A stretch of DNA of 64,000 nt from Minisyncoccota bacterium (GTDB lineage: Bacteria; Patescibacteriota; Minisyncoccia; Phycocordibacterales; UBA2100): contig JAYWCB010000001.1 of NCBI GenBank assembly GCA_043780835.1, forward strand, positions 103,738 through 167,737. The letters run 5' to 3'. Made by a program: the position numbers and the translations under genes. This document shows, in pieces, positions 36,864 to 46,372 of the stretch (its first letter is position 1; the number at the start of each line of letters is the position of its first letter). The notes beneath the pieces are model-generated. The model ran no database searches and was not told the DNA's origin. It saw only the letters and a program-made list of their open reading frames with translations.

Positions 36864-37400
36864 TTATTTCAGTTGGTATGAATTGATGTCCATGGCGCCT
36901 GCTTCTCGAAGCACGCTCGCGATATCAATCGCATCATCAGCATGCACTGCGACAAGCACATTTCCTGCGACTATTTTCTCTTCATACACTTTAGCGGCGG
37001 ATTCCTCTATTCCAAGATTCACAAGGGCTCCCACAATACCCCCTGCAGCGGCTCCCGTAAGTGCACCCGCCGCAGTCGTAGCGGCCGCACCAGCACCCAT
37101 ACCAAGTGCGGCAAGAAGAGGTCCTGCTGCAAAGATAGGGCCAATGACCGGAATAAGACCAGCCACCGTCGCCAAACCAAGACCGGCACCTACAACTCCC
37201 CCGATGGTTGCACCCGTGACCGCGCCATGAGCTGGAGCGGCTGCATTACTGTTTGCGTCCCCTGATTTCATTGCCCCGTGCGCATCTTTGTAAATATAGG
37301 AAATTTGCTCAGTAGGAATCGATAAATCGTTGTGAATTCGACTGACCGCATCATCCGCGAGCTCCGGAGTGGCAAAGATTCCGAGTGTATAGTTTTTCAT
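36864..37400 (-). CDS. YflT/DUF1269-like stress protein with a central glycine-zipper membrane segment
   Basis: N-terminal MKNYTLGIFATPELADDAVSRIHNDLSIPTEQISYIYKD and C-terminal AKVYEEKIVAGNVLVAVHAD flank a G/A-rich zipper (GAAAGGIVGALVNLG). Confidence 0.45.
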   Translation of the reverse strand: MKNYTLGIFATPELADDAVSRIHNDLSIPTEQISYIYKDAHGAMKSGDANSNAAAPAHGAVTGATIGGVVGAGLGLATVAGLIPVIGPIFAAGPLLAALGMGAGAAATTAAGALTGAAAGGIVGALVNLGIEESAAKVYEEKIVAGNVLVAVHADDAIDIASVLREAGAMDINSYQLK

Positions 37401-37524
37401 ATATTGGTTATTTTTTTGAATGAGAGATTAATGTTTGTGTAGCAATGTAAATCGACCCTACTGTGGTCATCCTAAAGAAAATATATGAAGCACGGATTAA
37501 GCACATCTTTATATGCGTACTATA

Positions 37525-38898
37525 TTAGTATTGCTGTACAAATTTCAGCGCGAAAAGTTCGCGCCACCTCTCCCATAGTCCTCGGTCTTTCCACTCAGAC
37601 GGCGAAATTTCTGTCGAGCGTGCACTATCGTCTAAAAACGTCTTTTCTAACGTTGCTCCAAAGTTGGTATCCCAGATGCCGAGAATAAATTCCTGATTGA
37701 TATTCCGGCTTCGGAAATCCATATTTGCCGATCCAATAACAGACCACGCTCCGTCGATAACAAGACCTTTGGCGTGTATGAATGTGTCGTTATATTCGTA
37801 GATTTTCACACCGGCATCGAGCAGATCCGCATAGGAATAGCGACTCGCAAACCGTACAGACTTGATGTCTGTGTGATCTCCGGGGACAAGAATTCGCACA
37901 TCTACCCCCTCACGCGCCTTCTCGATCAGCGCTTTGCGCAACGACTCATCCGGAAGAAAATAAGGGGTTGTCAGGTAGATATGCTGATGGCCGGCATAGA
38001 TCGACTGAAGGATTGTGCGCTGCAGCGTGAGCGAATCTGGTGACGGTGTGCTCAAGAGCGATATATAAAAATCGGCTGATGAATGTGTTGAATTTTTTTG
38101 AGAAAAGAAGGGACTGCCTACAAGCGCCTCGCCGGTCATGCTCGTCCACGATTGGTTGAATGCGGCCTGCACGTCATTTACCATTGAGCCGTGAACACGG
38201 TACATGGTATCGCGGTATTCGTCAGAGTTTCGCGCATCACCGAGCCAGAGATCATTGATTGCCATGCCTCCTATGTACGCCACGGAATCATCAATCGCGA
38301 TTGCACGCCGGTGGTTTCTCACCCGATTTCTCAATAACTCCCACGGCGTGATCGTCAGCGATTGAAAAACCGCGTATTTTCCTCCCGTCTTTTCGAGTTC
38401 ATCTAAACGTTTCTGAGGTCGGCCCGTTGAGCTTCCGAATCCGTCGATAAGAATCCGCACCTGCACACCCATTTCCTGTTTCTTGAGCAAATGGTCGAAA
38501 ACCTGATCACTCATGCGTCCGTCGGCCCAAATGTAGTCCATGATGGTAATCGATGTGTGCGCCTGATCGATATCGGCGAGGAGTGATTTCAGAAAATTAT
38601 CGCCGTTGTTGATCAATTGCGGTGTTTGTCCTTGCTGGACAGGCAGATTCAAAGACTCCCCCATCACGCGAACAAATTCCGTCGACGTCGCAGCAGGCAT
38701 TGTTCCCGTGAACGTAAAAGATGTTCGTCCCTTTCCCGTCGGGAAGAATAAAATCACAAAAACAGAAATAATCGATATGAGACCAATTATAAAAAAGGCG
38801 ATCTCCCACCAGGCATAGTCCATAAGATTTTTTCTTATTATTTCAATGAATTCCCCAATGCGCGCGCTAATATTTTTTACGAGTTTTTTCGCAGTCAT
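37525..38898 (-). CDS. cls: Cardiolipin synthase / phospholipase D family protein (two HKD motifs)
   Basis: Two N-terminal TM helices. HKD-like motif 1 (NHRRAIAIDD...GGMAINDLW) and canonical HKD motif 2 (HAKGLVIDGAWSVIGSANMDFRS). Start placed at MTAKKL. Confidence 0.75.
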   Translation of the reverse strand: MTAKKLVKNISARIGEFIEIIRKNLMDYAWWEIAFFIIGLISIISVFVILFFPTGKGRTSFTFTGTMPAATSTEFVRVMGESLNLPVQQGQTPQLINNGDNFLKSLLADIDQAHTSITIMDYIWADGRMSDQVFDHLLKKQEMGVQVRILIDGFGSSTGRPQKRLDELEKTGGKYAVFQSLTITPWELLRNRVRNHRRAIAIDDSVAYIGGMAINDLWLGDARNSDEYRDTMYRVHGSMVNDVQAAFNQSWTSMTGEALVGSPFFSQKNSTHSSADFYISLLSTPSPDSLTLQRTILQSIYAGHQHIYLTTPYFLPDESLRKALIEKAREGVDVRILVPGDHTDIKSVRFASRYSYADLLDAGVKIYEYNDTFIHAKGLVIDGAWSVIGSANMDFRSRNINQEFILGIWDTNFGATLEKTFLDDSARSTEISPSEWKDRGLWERWRELFALKFVQQY

Positions 38899-38920
38899 AC
38901 TCCGGCAGTGACCACAAATA

Positions 38921-39676
38921 GTGCCTTGTTCGGAGCGAAAATGCAATAATGGTATTGTTGCGCACATGAAGAAAACATTGACGCGTTTTATAGCCGATCG
39001 CGTGGATAGAACCGCATTTACCGGTCTACCATTGACAGCATTGGTACTTCTTGGTGCCATACTTCTTGCTGGATTTGCGGGGATTGCAAATTCCATCGTG
39101 GATTCGGCACCGATCGTGATGATCGATACGCATTTTACTGCGTGGCTATTTTCGCACAGAAGCGCGACGCTCGCCCATGAACTCTATCTTGTGACTCACG
39201 TGGCAGATCAGCTTGTCATTGCGGTCTTATTCGTTCTTGTTTCGCTGTATCTTATCGCAAAAAAGGAATTCGTTTATTTCTTCGCGTTTCTCATTGACGT
39301 TGCGGGCGCTGAACTCAGTGTGTATCTTTTCAAGCTTTTCATAAGTCGGGCGCGTCCCGACGCAAGCATTGCGTATTATATTGAACAAACAAAGTCATTT
39401 CCGAGCGGACACGCAACGATCTCGATCGCTTTTTATGGCTTTATTATGTATTTCGTTCTGCGTCAAATTGCAAAACAGAACGAATGGCGATTACCGATTA
39501 TTTTGCTCGGCAGCTTCCTCATCGCGGCAGTCGGATTTTCGCGCATTTATCTCGGTGTTCATTATCTGAGTGATGTGCTCGGAGGATATCTCATCGGTGG
39601 CTTATGGCTTATTATTGCGATTGCGTTCCGCGAACAAAATTTATATAAACAATCATTGAAGCAGGCCCTTTCGTAG
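38921..39676 (+). CDS. PAP2-family phosphatase (phosphatidate / lipid phosphate phosphatase-like)
   Basis: KLFISRARP (KxxxxxxRP), PSGHA (PSGH) and SRIYLGVHYLSDV (SRxxxxxHxxxD) are the three PAP2 motifs. Multi-TM. Confidence 0.8.
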   Translation: MPCSERKCNNGIVAHMKKTLTRFIADRVDRTAFTGLPLTALVLLGAILLAGFAGIANSIVDSAPIVMIDTHFTAWLFSHRSATLAHELYLVTHVADQLVIAVLFVLVSLYLIAKKEFVYFFAFLIDVAGAELSVYLFKLFISRARPDASIAYYIEQTKSFPSGHATISIAFYGFIMYFVLRQIAKQNEWRLPIILLGSFLIAAVGFSRIYLGVHYLSDVLGGYLIGGLWLIIAIAFREQNLYKQSLKQALS

Positions 39677-39708
39677 TAAATGTGCTCCTGATTCGTCAGA
39701 GCGAATGT

Positions 39709-40590
39709 ATGCCAAAGATTGCCATTATCGCGAATACAAAATCAAGATCCGGCAGCGGATGGGCTACCTGCGAACCCCTCCTTCGAGGACGTTCCAATTT
39801 TAAAGTGTATCCGATAATAGATACGTCTGTCGATTCGCTCGTTACGACTGCGTTGAAAGACGGTAGTCTCTCAATCATTGCAGCTGGGGGTGACGGAACC
39901 GTCTCAGCAGTTGTGAATGCGCTCATCAAACAGGACATACTCGCAAAATTCGGCGTTCTCCCTTTGGGAACCTTTAATCATTTCGCCAAGGACCTTACCC
40001 TGCCACTTAATCCGAAAGATGCACTCGAAGTGATACAACAGGGCCATACGCGGCTCATCGATGTTGGGATGGTAAACGATACATATTTTGTAAATAACTC
40101 TTCGGTCGGAGCCTATCCCCACTTTGTGGAAGAACGTGAGGCGCTACAGAAACGGGGCACGCATAAAGCGCTGGCTCAGTTTCGAGCGGCTGTATCGCTG
40201 TTAAAAAAACAGCCCAGCTTTACACTCCGTTTTGGGTTTACAGATTCACAGAGCGAGAAGCGTGCGCTGGGAATTTTCGTTGGGAATAATCGGTATTCCG
40301 TCGACGGGATGAGCCTTGGTTCGCGCGCAAAGCTCGATGAAGCAACGCTTTTCGTAGCGCTTTTAAAGTACATTTCATCGGCTGGTTTTATACACATACT
40401 TATCGCTGCATTGCGCGGTAATACCGCCGCCAAACGTGAACTCGATGTCATCGGTTTACACGAGTGTGTAATCGACAGTACAAAACATGATATTCTCGTT
40501 TCCTGCGATGGTGAAATATCTCGAATGCGTACACCGCTGCGATATTCCATTAAACCGAAAGCTCTCACTGTAATCGTGCCGTCACTATGA
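39709..40590 (+). CDS. Diacylglycerol/lipid kinase catalytic-domain protein (YegS/DAGK_cat family)
   Basis: KIAIIANTKSRSG ... IIAAGGDGTVSAVVNAL is the GGDGT motif of the DAGK_cat domain. Confidence 0.75.
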   Translation: MPKIAIIANTKSRSGSGWATCEPLLRGRSNFKVYPIIDTSVDSLVTTALKDGSLSIIAAGGDGTVSAVVNALIKQDILAKFGVLPLGTFNHFAKDLTLPLNPKDALEVIQQGHTRLIDVGMVNDTYFVNNSSVGAYPHFVEEREALQKRGTHKALAQFRAAVSLLKKQPSFTLRFGFTDSQSEKRALGIFVGNNRYSVDGMSLGSRAKLDEATLFVALLKYISSAGFIHILIAALRGNTAAKRELDVIGLHECVIDSTKHDILVSCDGEISRMRTPLRYSIKPKALTVIVPSL

Positions 40591-41423
40591 AATCAATTAT
40601 TCACATATCCGACATGCACTTCGGCAAGTCCGATCCGGCGATCAATGATGCACTGCTCAAGGCGTGTCAAATGATCGATCCCGATATATATATCCTCTCC
40701 GGTGATTTTACCCAACGCGCACTCACGAGTGAATTTGAAAGCGCGGCGGCTTTCATAAAACTCTTGCGCCGACCAAAAAAGCGCGTCGTGGCGATACCTG
40801 GAAATCATGACATTGAACCGTTATATAAACCTCTCGCGCGTATTCGCAGGCCGTACGAGCGCTATACAGAATACATTTCACCCCGAACCTCCACTTCATA
40901 CGTTGATTCTGAAATTGTGATAGCAAGTATTAATACAGTCCGCATCGCTCGTATAAAAGACGGCGGTGTTTCCCGCCGCGCACTCAACGACGCAGAATCA
41001 TGGTTCTCAAAACAGTCAGCACGGGCTGTTCGTCTGCTCGTCACGCATCATCCACTGGACTTGCCCACAACCGTCTCAAAAAGAAAACTGGTTCGTAAAG
41101 CAACGCGCAGTGTGTACCAACTTGCGCGCTCCCGCGTCGATCTCTATCTGTCCGGTCACTATCATAGAAGTTCTGCAGTGGTAACCTCCGCTCGATATGC
41201 AAAAGATCATCACGCGGCAATTGCACTTCAAGCGGGTACGGTATCGACTCGCAGCCGAGGCCAGACCCAGTCATTTAATGTACTGCATGTTGCACAAGAA
41301 CGGATAGAAATTACCGTGTATTCGCGGGACGAGAAATCCGGGAAATTTAAACGATCAGAAAAAACACGATTCGTTTTGACGCCAACCGGTTGGATGCCTA
41401 CCGGTATCGGCACCAGCAAATAA
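40587..41423 (+). CDS. Calcineurin-like metallophosphoesterase
   Basis: IIHISDMHFG (DxH), ILSGDFTQR (GDxx) and AIPGNHDIEP (GNHD/E) motifs. Start overlaps the upstream stop (ATGA). Confidence 0.75.
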   Translation: MKSIIHISDMHFGKSDPAINDALLKACQMIDPDIYILSGDFTQRALTSEFESAAAFIKLLRRPKKRVVAIPGNHDIEPLYKPLARIRRPYERYTEYISPRTSTSYVDSEIVIASINTVRIARIKDGGVSRRALNDAESWFSKQSARAVRLLVTHHPLDLPTTVSKRKLVRKATRSVYQLARSRVDLYLSGHYHRSSAVVTSARYAKDHHAAIALQAGTVSTRSRGQTQSFNVLHVAQERIEITVYSRDEKSGKFKRSEKTRFVLTPTGWMPTGIGTSK

Positions 41424-41426
41424 TGC

Positions 41427-42191
41427 TTACGCTGTAGATTGAATTTCGTCGCGTCTAGTCGCACTCAAATACACAACAAGCACGAGGATTACGATGAGAA
41501 AAATAGCACTCGTCACGGTTGTGCCGAGTCCGAGGCCGCCATCTGCCTTCCCTTGCGACATATAATCACCAATCGACGCACCCAGTGGCCTCGTCAGGAT
41601 GTATGCAAGCCAGAATGAGAGCACCGCGTTCAAACGAATTCCATAGTATGCCGCAGAAATAAGTGCAATAAGGCCACCAAATATAACGGCAGATAGCAAA
41701 TATCCTACGTTGAATCGTTCCGCAACGAGATCTCCTGCGGCCGTGCCCAACGCAAACGTAAATAAAATCGTAAGCCAGTAGAATGACTCACGCGTTCTTG
41801 TCGTGATGCTATGAATCGATAGCGTTTTCTCTTTCAAATACCACACGGCAAAGGTAATCGCGAGAGCGATCGCAAATACGATCGTGCTCGTCATGAGCGA
41901 TATGCCCACATTATCAGTCAGATTGTCCGTGATTAACGTGCCTACGACACTGATTAAGACAACCGCAAGCCAATATATGGATGGGACGTACTTTCGCGCC
42001 CTAAACTGAAACACGAGTACGACGATAAGCAGTGCACTCATTACAAGAGAGGTGCCGGTGAGTCCAAAATTGAGCGCACTGTTTAGAAAATCCGCCGCTG
42101 TCTCCCCGACTGTCGTACATAAAATCTTGATGATCCAAAAAAATAATGTAACCTCCGGAACCTTATTGAGCATCTGTTGTACGGAGGGCAT
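41427..42191 (-). CDS. DUF347-repeat-like integral membrane protein (two internal repeats)
   Basis: Two halves each carrying a T(T/A)VGETAAD / GTAAGDLVAE motif followed by TM helices. Confidence 0.45.
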   Translation of the reverse strand: MPSVQQMLNKVPEVTLFFWIIKILCTTVGETAADFLNSALNFGLTGTSLVMSALLIVVLVFQFRARKYVPSIYWLAVVLISVVGTLITDNLTDNVGISLMTSTIVFAIALAITFAVWYLKEKTLSIHSITTRTRESFYWLTILFTFALGTAAGDLVAERFNVGYLLSAVIFGGLIALISAAYYGIRLNAVLSFWLAYILTRPLGASIGDYMSQGKADGGLGLGTTVTSAIFLIVILVLVVYLSATRRDEIQSTA

Positions 42192-42263
42192 ACCAATATT
42201 TAAAATAAGTATACGCGATCAAAAGCCGCCGTTGCAACGGCGACTTTTGGAGCACGTGTTTTA

Positions 42264-42581
42264 CTAATTACCGGACGGTCCATCATCGTTGGTCTCACCA
42301 TCGCCGTCGCCCGCTTTTGTGCTGCCGTGATCAACTGCTTTGTTTCCGTCGTCTGCAGTTTCAACGTCTGCTCCCTGCTCGTCTTGTCCTTTGACTTCCT
42401 GACTATCCGGGACTTCTTTGTCAGCATCTGCTGCCTGAGTAGCCGTCTGCGCTGATTCTATCGGCGTCGTGGTAGTCGTCTGCGCCGTTGTTTGCGCGAA
42501 TGCAACGCTACCGACTATACCGACGACTGCAACCGGAATCGCAATGAGTCCCAACAAGCCTTTGTTGAAGCTTTTCTTCAT
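42264..42581 (-). CDS. Small secreted acidic low-complexity protein
   Basis: Signal peptide (MKKSFNKGLLGLIAIPVAVVGIVGSVAFA) then a T/Q/D/E/G-rich tail. Confidence 0.4.
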   Translation of the reverse strand: MKKSFNKGLLGLIAIPVAVVGIVGSVAFAQTTAQTTTTTPIESAQTATQAADADKEVPDSQEVKGQDEQGADVETADDGNKAVDHGSTKAGDGDGETNDDGPSGN

Positions 42582-42668
42582 ATTTTGTTCTGTTATTTGA
42601 CTAATACGGAGCCGATTGTCTCTGCCCCATATAGCTAGTACGCGCGTCATGCCTGTTTCCTTTCAAAA

Positions 42669-43145
42669 TCAATCCGATGCGTCTTCACGTGAATGAATGA
42701 GGGCATCATAAAAAGTCGCGTGTGACAGGAGATAGGTATGAACAGATTGCCCAAAATCAACGGCATTCAACGACATGCCAAGAACGACACTTGCAACCAC
42801 CGAAGAACACAGCACCATTACTGTTGTGTAGCGGTATCCTGAACGTGTTTTTCGAAATCCCTTGTAAGCGATGTACGTAAAGATACCCAGAACCGCGAGC
42901 CATAGGTACGGAATACTGAGTGCGATATCGTGAATTGGTGCGTCTTGCAATGAGGAAAGGTTTATGCCGTCGTTATCAAAAAAAACATAGTCAGCAACAC
43001 CAAATGCAACCCCTCCAATTACCACTGATAAAATCGCAAGTACCCAAAATGCAGTTCGCGTTAAAAGGAACTGCCAACGTGGTGTCGGCGCGAGACGTTG
43101 CTCCTCAATCTTTTTTAGAATGCTGTCCGTGAGGTGATCGTTCAT
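42669..43145 (-). CDS. Putative membrane anti-sigma factor
   Basis: 158 aa with 4 TM helices, translationally coupled (ATGA overlap) to the upstream ECF sigma gene. Assigned by context only. Confidence 0.4.
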   Translation of the reverse strand: MNDHLTDSILKKIEEQRLAPTPRWQFLLTRTAFWVLAILSVVIGGVAFGVADYVFFDNDGINLSSLQDAPIHDIALSIPYLWLAVLGIFTYIAYKGFRKTRSGYRYTTVMVLCSSVVASVVLGMSLNAVDFGQSVHTYLLSHATFYDALIHSREDASD

Positions 43146-43705
43146 GGTGAGCGTGTGCCGTTCTCGGCCAGCAACTGTTTCAATTGCGACTTACCGCGAT
43201 TAATATTCGTAGCAACTGTCCCCTCCGGAATTTGCAGAATATCCGAGATCTCAGTATAGCTTTTATCTTCAAAATATTTGAGAATGAGCGGTATGCGGTA
43301 TTTATCGACGATTTTTCCGAGAACGTCCCGTAGTTGACGGGCATCCCATTCTTGCGCACGGGCTTCGAATAAATCGGTGCCGTCATGCAAGTTTTCAAAT
43401 ACCGTAAGCTCCTCTTCACTTGCAACCGCGGACGGTCGTACACTTTTCCTTCGGAAAAAAGACATCGTTTCATTGTGCGCGATACGATAGATCCATGACG
43501 AGAATTTGAGGCTCGAATCATAATCATTGAGATTGATGTAGCATTTTAGAAACAATTCTTGCAGTACGTCTTCGATATCCTGCGGATCATTACAGCCGAG
43601 CCTTCGTATATACCGCCTGAGCGGCTCTTCATATCGCTCCACGATTGCCCTAAATGCACGCGAATTACGCAGGGCTGCAATGACAAGATCGCGGTCACTG
43701 TACAT
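43142..43705 (-). CDS. ECF-type RNA polymerase sigma-70 family factor
   Basis: Region 2 (IEDVLQELFLKCY...FSSWIYRIAHNETMSFFRR) and region 4 HTH (SYTEISDILQIPEGTVATNINRGKSQL). Start placed at MYSDRD; the longer ORF overlaps the upstream gene. Confidence 0.75.
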   Translation of the reverse strand: MYSDRDLVIAALRNSRAFRAIVERYEEPLRRYIRRLGCNDPQDIEDVLQELFLKCYINLNDYDSSLKFSSWIYRIAHNETMSFFRRKSVRPSAVASEEELTVFENLHDGTDLFEARAQEWDARQLRDVLGKIVDKYRIPLILKYFEDKSYTEISDILQIPEGTVATNINRGKSQLKQLLAENGTRSP

Positions 43706-43707
43706 GA

Positions 43708-44829
43708 TTACAGCATACCAATTTCGCTTGTAAGGGTAGGCTTCGCGGGAACTTCGATTGCAACTGCGATAGTCTTTGAAAACGGGTACACATTGAACCG
43801 TTGTGTAGATTGCAACCAATCCCGCATCCACCGGTCCCATGTCGAGAGGAAATAAGCCGCGCCTATAATGATAACTTCGAAGCAGATCACGAGAGTTACC
43901 CACGAGACTGGTGCAACTCCGGTCAGTACATCGATCATCATGTTCCCTATTCGCTGATGAATCAGATATAACGGATACGTGAGCGCACCCATGATTGCGA
44001 GCCCGTGCAGCAGTCGTTGACTCGTGACGTATGCGGAAATATACACCAGCAGCGGAATTGCTAAGAAAAAACTAATATGCAGTACCGTAATAATATTCAC
44101 GTCATGCTGATTGGAAATTGTGTACGCAGGTATTGCTCGCGTATGCATGTACGTAGCGAAGAACGCACTGGCAAAGAGTAGTATCCAATCGATACATTTC
44201 TCTCGCAACCTGTGCGCATCTTTGCTTACGAGAAGCGAAAGCGCGCTACCAAATATAAAATATGATGCGTGGCGAACGAGCAAAAGTTTAACGTAAAAGT
44301 TTTCATCGATGTGAAATAAAAATGCGCATAGACTTACGAGCAGCCATACAAGAAGAAAATATCGGATATTGTGATGTGCAAAGTGATGCACAAAAAGTGC
44401 TACTCCGACGTAAAAAATGAGTTCGACGGTGAGCGTCCAGTACGAAGGGTCGATCAGCGCAGCCGGCCCGACGATACCATCGAACACGTCGCCGATCATC
44501 GTCATGCTGCGTAGATAATCACTAAAACGGAGCACGGAGTGCACATCAGGCAGAAAAATCGTGAGCAGGTATGTGAGCGTACAAAGGATCCAAAACAACG
44601 GAAACAGTCTCCAGAATCTTCCTACAATAAACTCTTTCAGCGATTTGCCTTTCAACGACTGTACAATCACAAACCCGCTGATGATGAAGAAAATTTGAAC
44701 GCCTAAATTTCCGTACCGGTACCAGTGCACTTGCGTGCTGTCGCCATTTCCAAACAAATAGTGAAAATTCATTACCCAAAAGGCGGCGAGAAATCGCGCC
44801 GCATCGAGCAAGCTATAGTATTTCTTCAT
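43708..44829 (-). CDS. Acyltransferase family 3 (OafA-like) membrane protein
   Basis: LDAARFLAAFWVMNFHYLF ... GVQIFFIISGFVIV match the acyl_transf_3 signature. About 10 TM helices. Confidence 0.75.
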   Translation of the reverse strand: MKKYYSLLDAARFLAAFWVMNFHYLFGNGDSTQVHWYRYGNLGVQIFFIISGFVIVQSLKGKSLKEFIVGRFWRLFPLFWILCTLTYLLTIFLPDVHSVLRFSDYLRSMTMIGDVFDGIVGPAALIDPSYWTLTVELIFYVGVALFVHHFAHHNIRYFLLVWLLVSLCAFLFHIDENFYVKLLLVRHASYFIFGSALSLLVSKDAHRLREKCIDWILLFASAFFATYMHTRAIPAYTISNQHDVNIITVLHISFFLAIPLLVYISAYVTSQRLLHGLAIMGALTYPLYLIHQRIGNMMIDVLTGVAPVSWVTLVICFEVIIIGAAYFLSTWDRWMRDWLQSTQRFNVYPFSKTIAVAIEVPAKPTLTSEIGML

Positions 44830-44899
44830 GTCGCGTGTGCGTCCGCCGGATCATATCTCATTTTGCGTTACAACGACGAGATAGAATAGCCGCTCAGAT

Positions 44900-46342
44900 T
44901 TATTTCCAGACTGAGTCGTCGAGGATCGTTTCGACTGCGGCATCCATGTACGGATCGGTTGAACTCGCATATTTCGGATCCTTCACATCAACCACGATGT
45001 CGGGTGTGATACCAGTGTGTGAAATAGTTCGTCCGTTTGGTGTATACCATCGCGCAATCGTGATTTTCAATGTTCCCAACGTACCGATATCAACGATTGT
45101 TTGCACCGATCCCTTCCCAAATGATTGCTCACCCACTACTTTTGCCACCCGATGGTCCTGCAAAGCGCCCGCAAGAATTTCTGATGCGGATGCACTGTTG
45201 CGATTTACTAAGACCACAATGCGTCGCGAAGACGTCGCTATACCGTTGAGCGTGTCGTACCCGAAACTTCGATACTCCGACGCAATACCATTTGCACCCT
45301 GCTTTTCTGTAACCACGAGGTCCCCCTTCGGTAAAAAGTAACTTGCCAAGTCATTGGCCACATCCAGATATCCTCCGGGGTTATTACGAAGATCGATGAT
45401 GAGGTTATGAGTGTCGGATTTCGAGAATCGTTGCAGGTCCGTCACAAACGCATCGACAGATGTCTTTGTGAATGTAGCAAGCTGCAGCACGAAGAACTTT
45501 TGTTTTTGTGCGGAGACAATTTGCGCCTTTGCATCCTCTGAGGCTTGTGAACCGGGCAGCGCAGCCGCTGCAGCAGCTGTTGCTTTTGCGACAGCCGCAG
45601 CAATTACGTTTTTAGCCGCGGTAACGACACGCGTCGCAGTCGACGGAATTACCACCGTGCCGCGCGTGACTTCGATAACAGTTTCCTTGGACGATTTTGC
45701 GTGCGCGATAGTGAGTTTAACTACAGTACCTTTTGCACCACGAATATGAGGAATTATATCTTCGAGCTTTTTCCCGAGCGTTGGATCTCCGTCAACCGCT
45801 ATCACCCGATCACCGGCCTTGAGTCCTGCTTTTTCAGCGGGACTCGCTGGCAATGTGCCGATGACAACGACTCCTGCGTCTGAGATATTCAATCCGGCGC
45901 CGATGCCTTCAAATTGGCCATTCACTTGCTCTTTGAAACTGTCTGCATGCTCCTTTGGCAAGAAAACCGTATACGGATCATTGTAGGAACTCGCGAGACC
46001 CGCGATTGCGCCCGCAATGCGGGTTTGCGAAGTGCTTGTGGCTGCAGAGGATGTGGAAGTCGGTGCAAAATTCTTATCCAAAATGTTCCACGTTTTCCAG
46101 AATTCTGCAAAATCAACTTTTGAGGCGGGATCGTCGAGTACAACTGAGAGATCTCCGCTGGAGGCGGTATGAATCAGATTCGCCGAGAGCGGGGGTGACG
46201 ATACGTCTCCTGAGCCTTTGCGGTAGCCGTATGAATATGCTCCAACTCCAACGAGCGCCAGTGACATAACAAAAAACAAATACACGACAGTCCTGCCTCT
46301 GCTTTTTTTCAGTGTATTCAACACCGCGACATTGTACCCCAC
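44900..46342 (-). CDS. ctpA: Carboxy-terminal processing protease (S41 family, with PDZ domain)
   Basis: PDZ region (GLNISDAGVVVIGTLPASPAEKAGLKAGDRVIAVDG). S41 catalytic region (DLRNNPGGYL and GPNGRTISHTGITPDIVV). An unusual Ala-rich insert (AAAVAKATAAAAAALPGSQAS). Confidence 0.8.
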   Translation of the reverse strand: MGYNVAVLNTLKKSRGRTVVYLFFVMSLALVGVGAYSYGYRKGSGDVSSPPLSANLIHTASSGDLSVVLDDPASKVDFAEFWKTWNILDKNFAPTSTSSAATSTSQTRIAGAIAGLASSYNDPYTVFLPKEHADSFKEQVNGQFEGIGAGLNISDAGVVVIGTLPASPAEKAGLKAGDRVIAVDGDPTLGKKLEDIIPHIRGAKGTVVKLTIAHAKSSKETVIEVTRGTVVIPSTATRVVTAAKNVIAAAVAKATAAAAAALPGSQASEDAKAQIVSAQKQKFFVLQLATFTKTSVDAFVTDLQRFSKSDTHNLIIDLRNNPGGYLDVANDLASYFLPKGDLVVTEKQGANGIASEYRSFGYDTLNGIATSSRRIVVLVNRNSASASEILAGALQDHRVAKVVGEQSFGKGSVQTIVDIGTLGTLKITIARWYTPNGRTISHTGITPDIVVDVKDPKYASSTDPYMDAAVETILDDSVWK

Positions 46343-46372
46343 GAATGTCGCGATGCACTGAGGATACGGAAA

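Noticed and set aside
43706-43903. 66-residue N-terminal extension of the ECF sigma ORF
   Set aside because: It overlaps the upstream acyltransferase gene. The internal start MYSDRD gives a standard 188-aa ECF sigma abutting the upstream stop.
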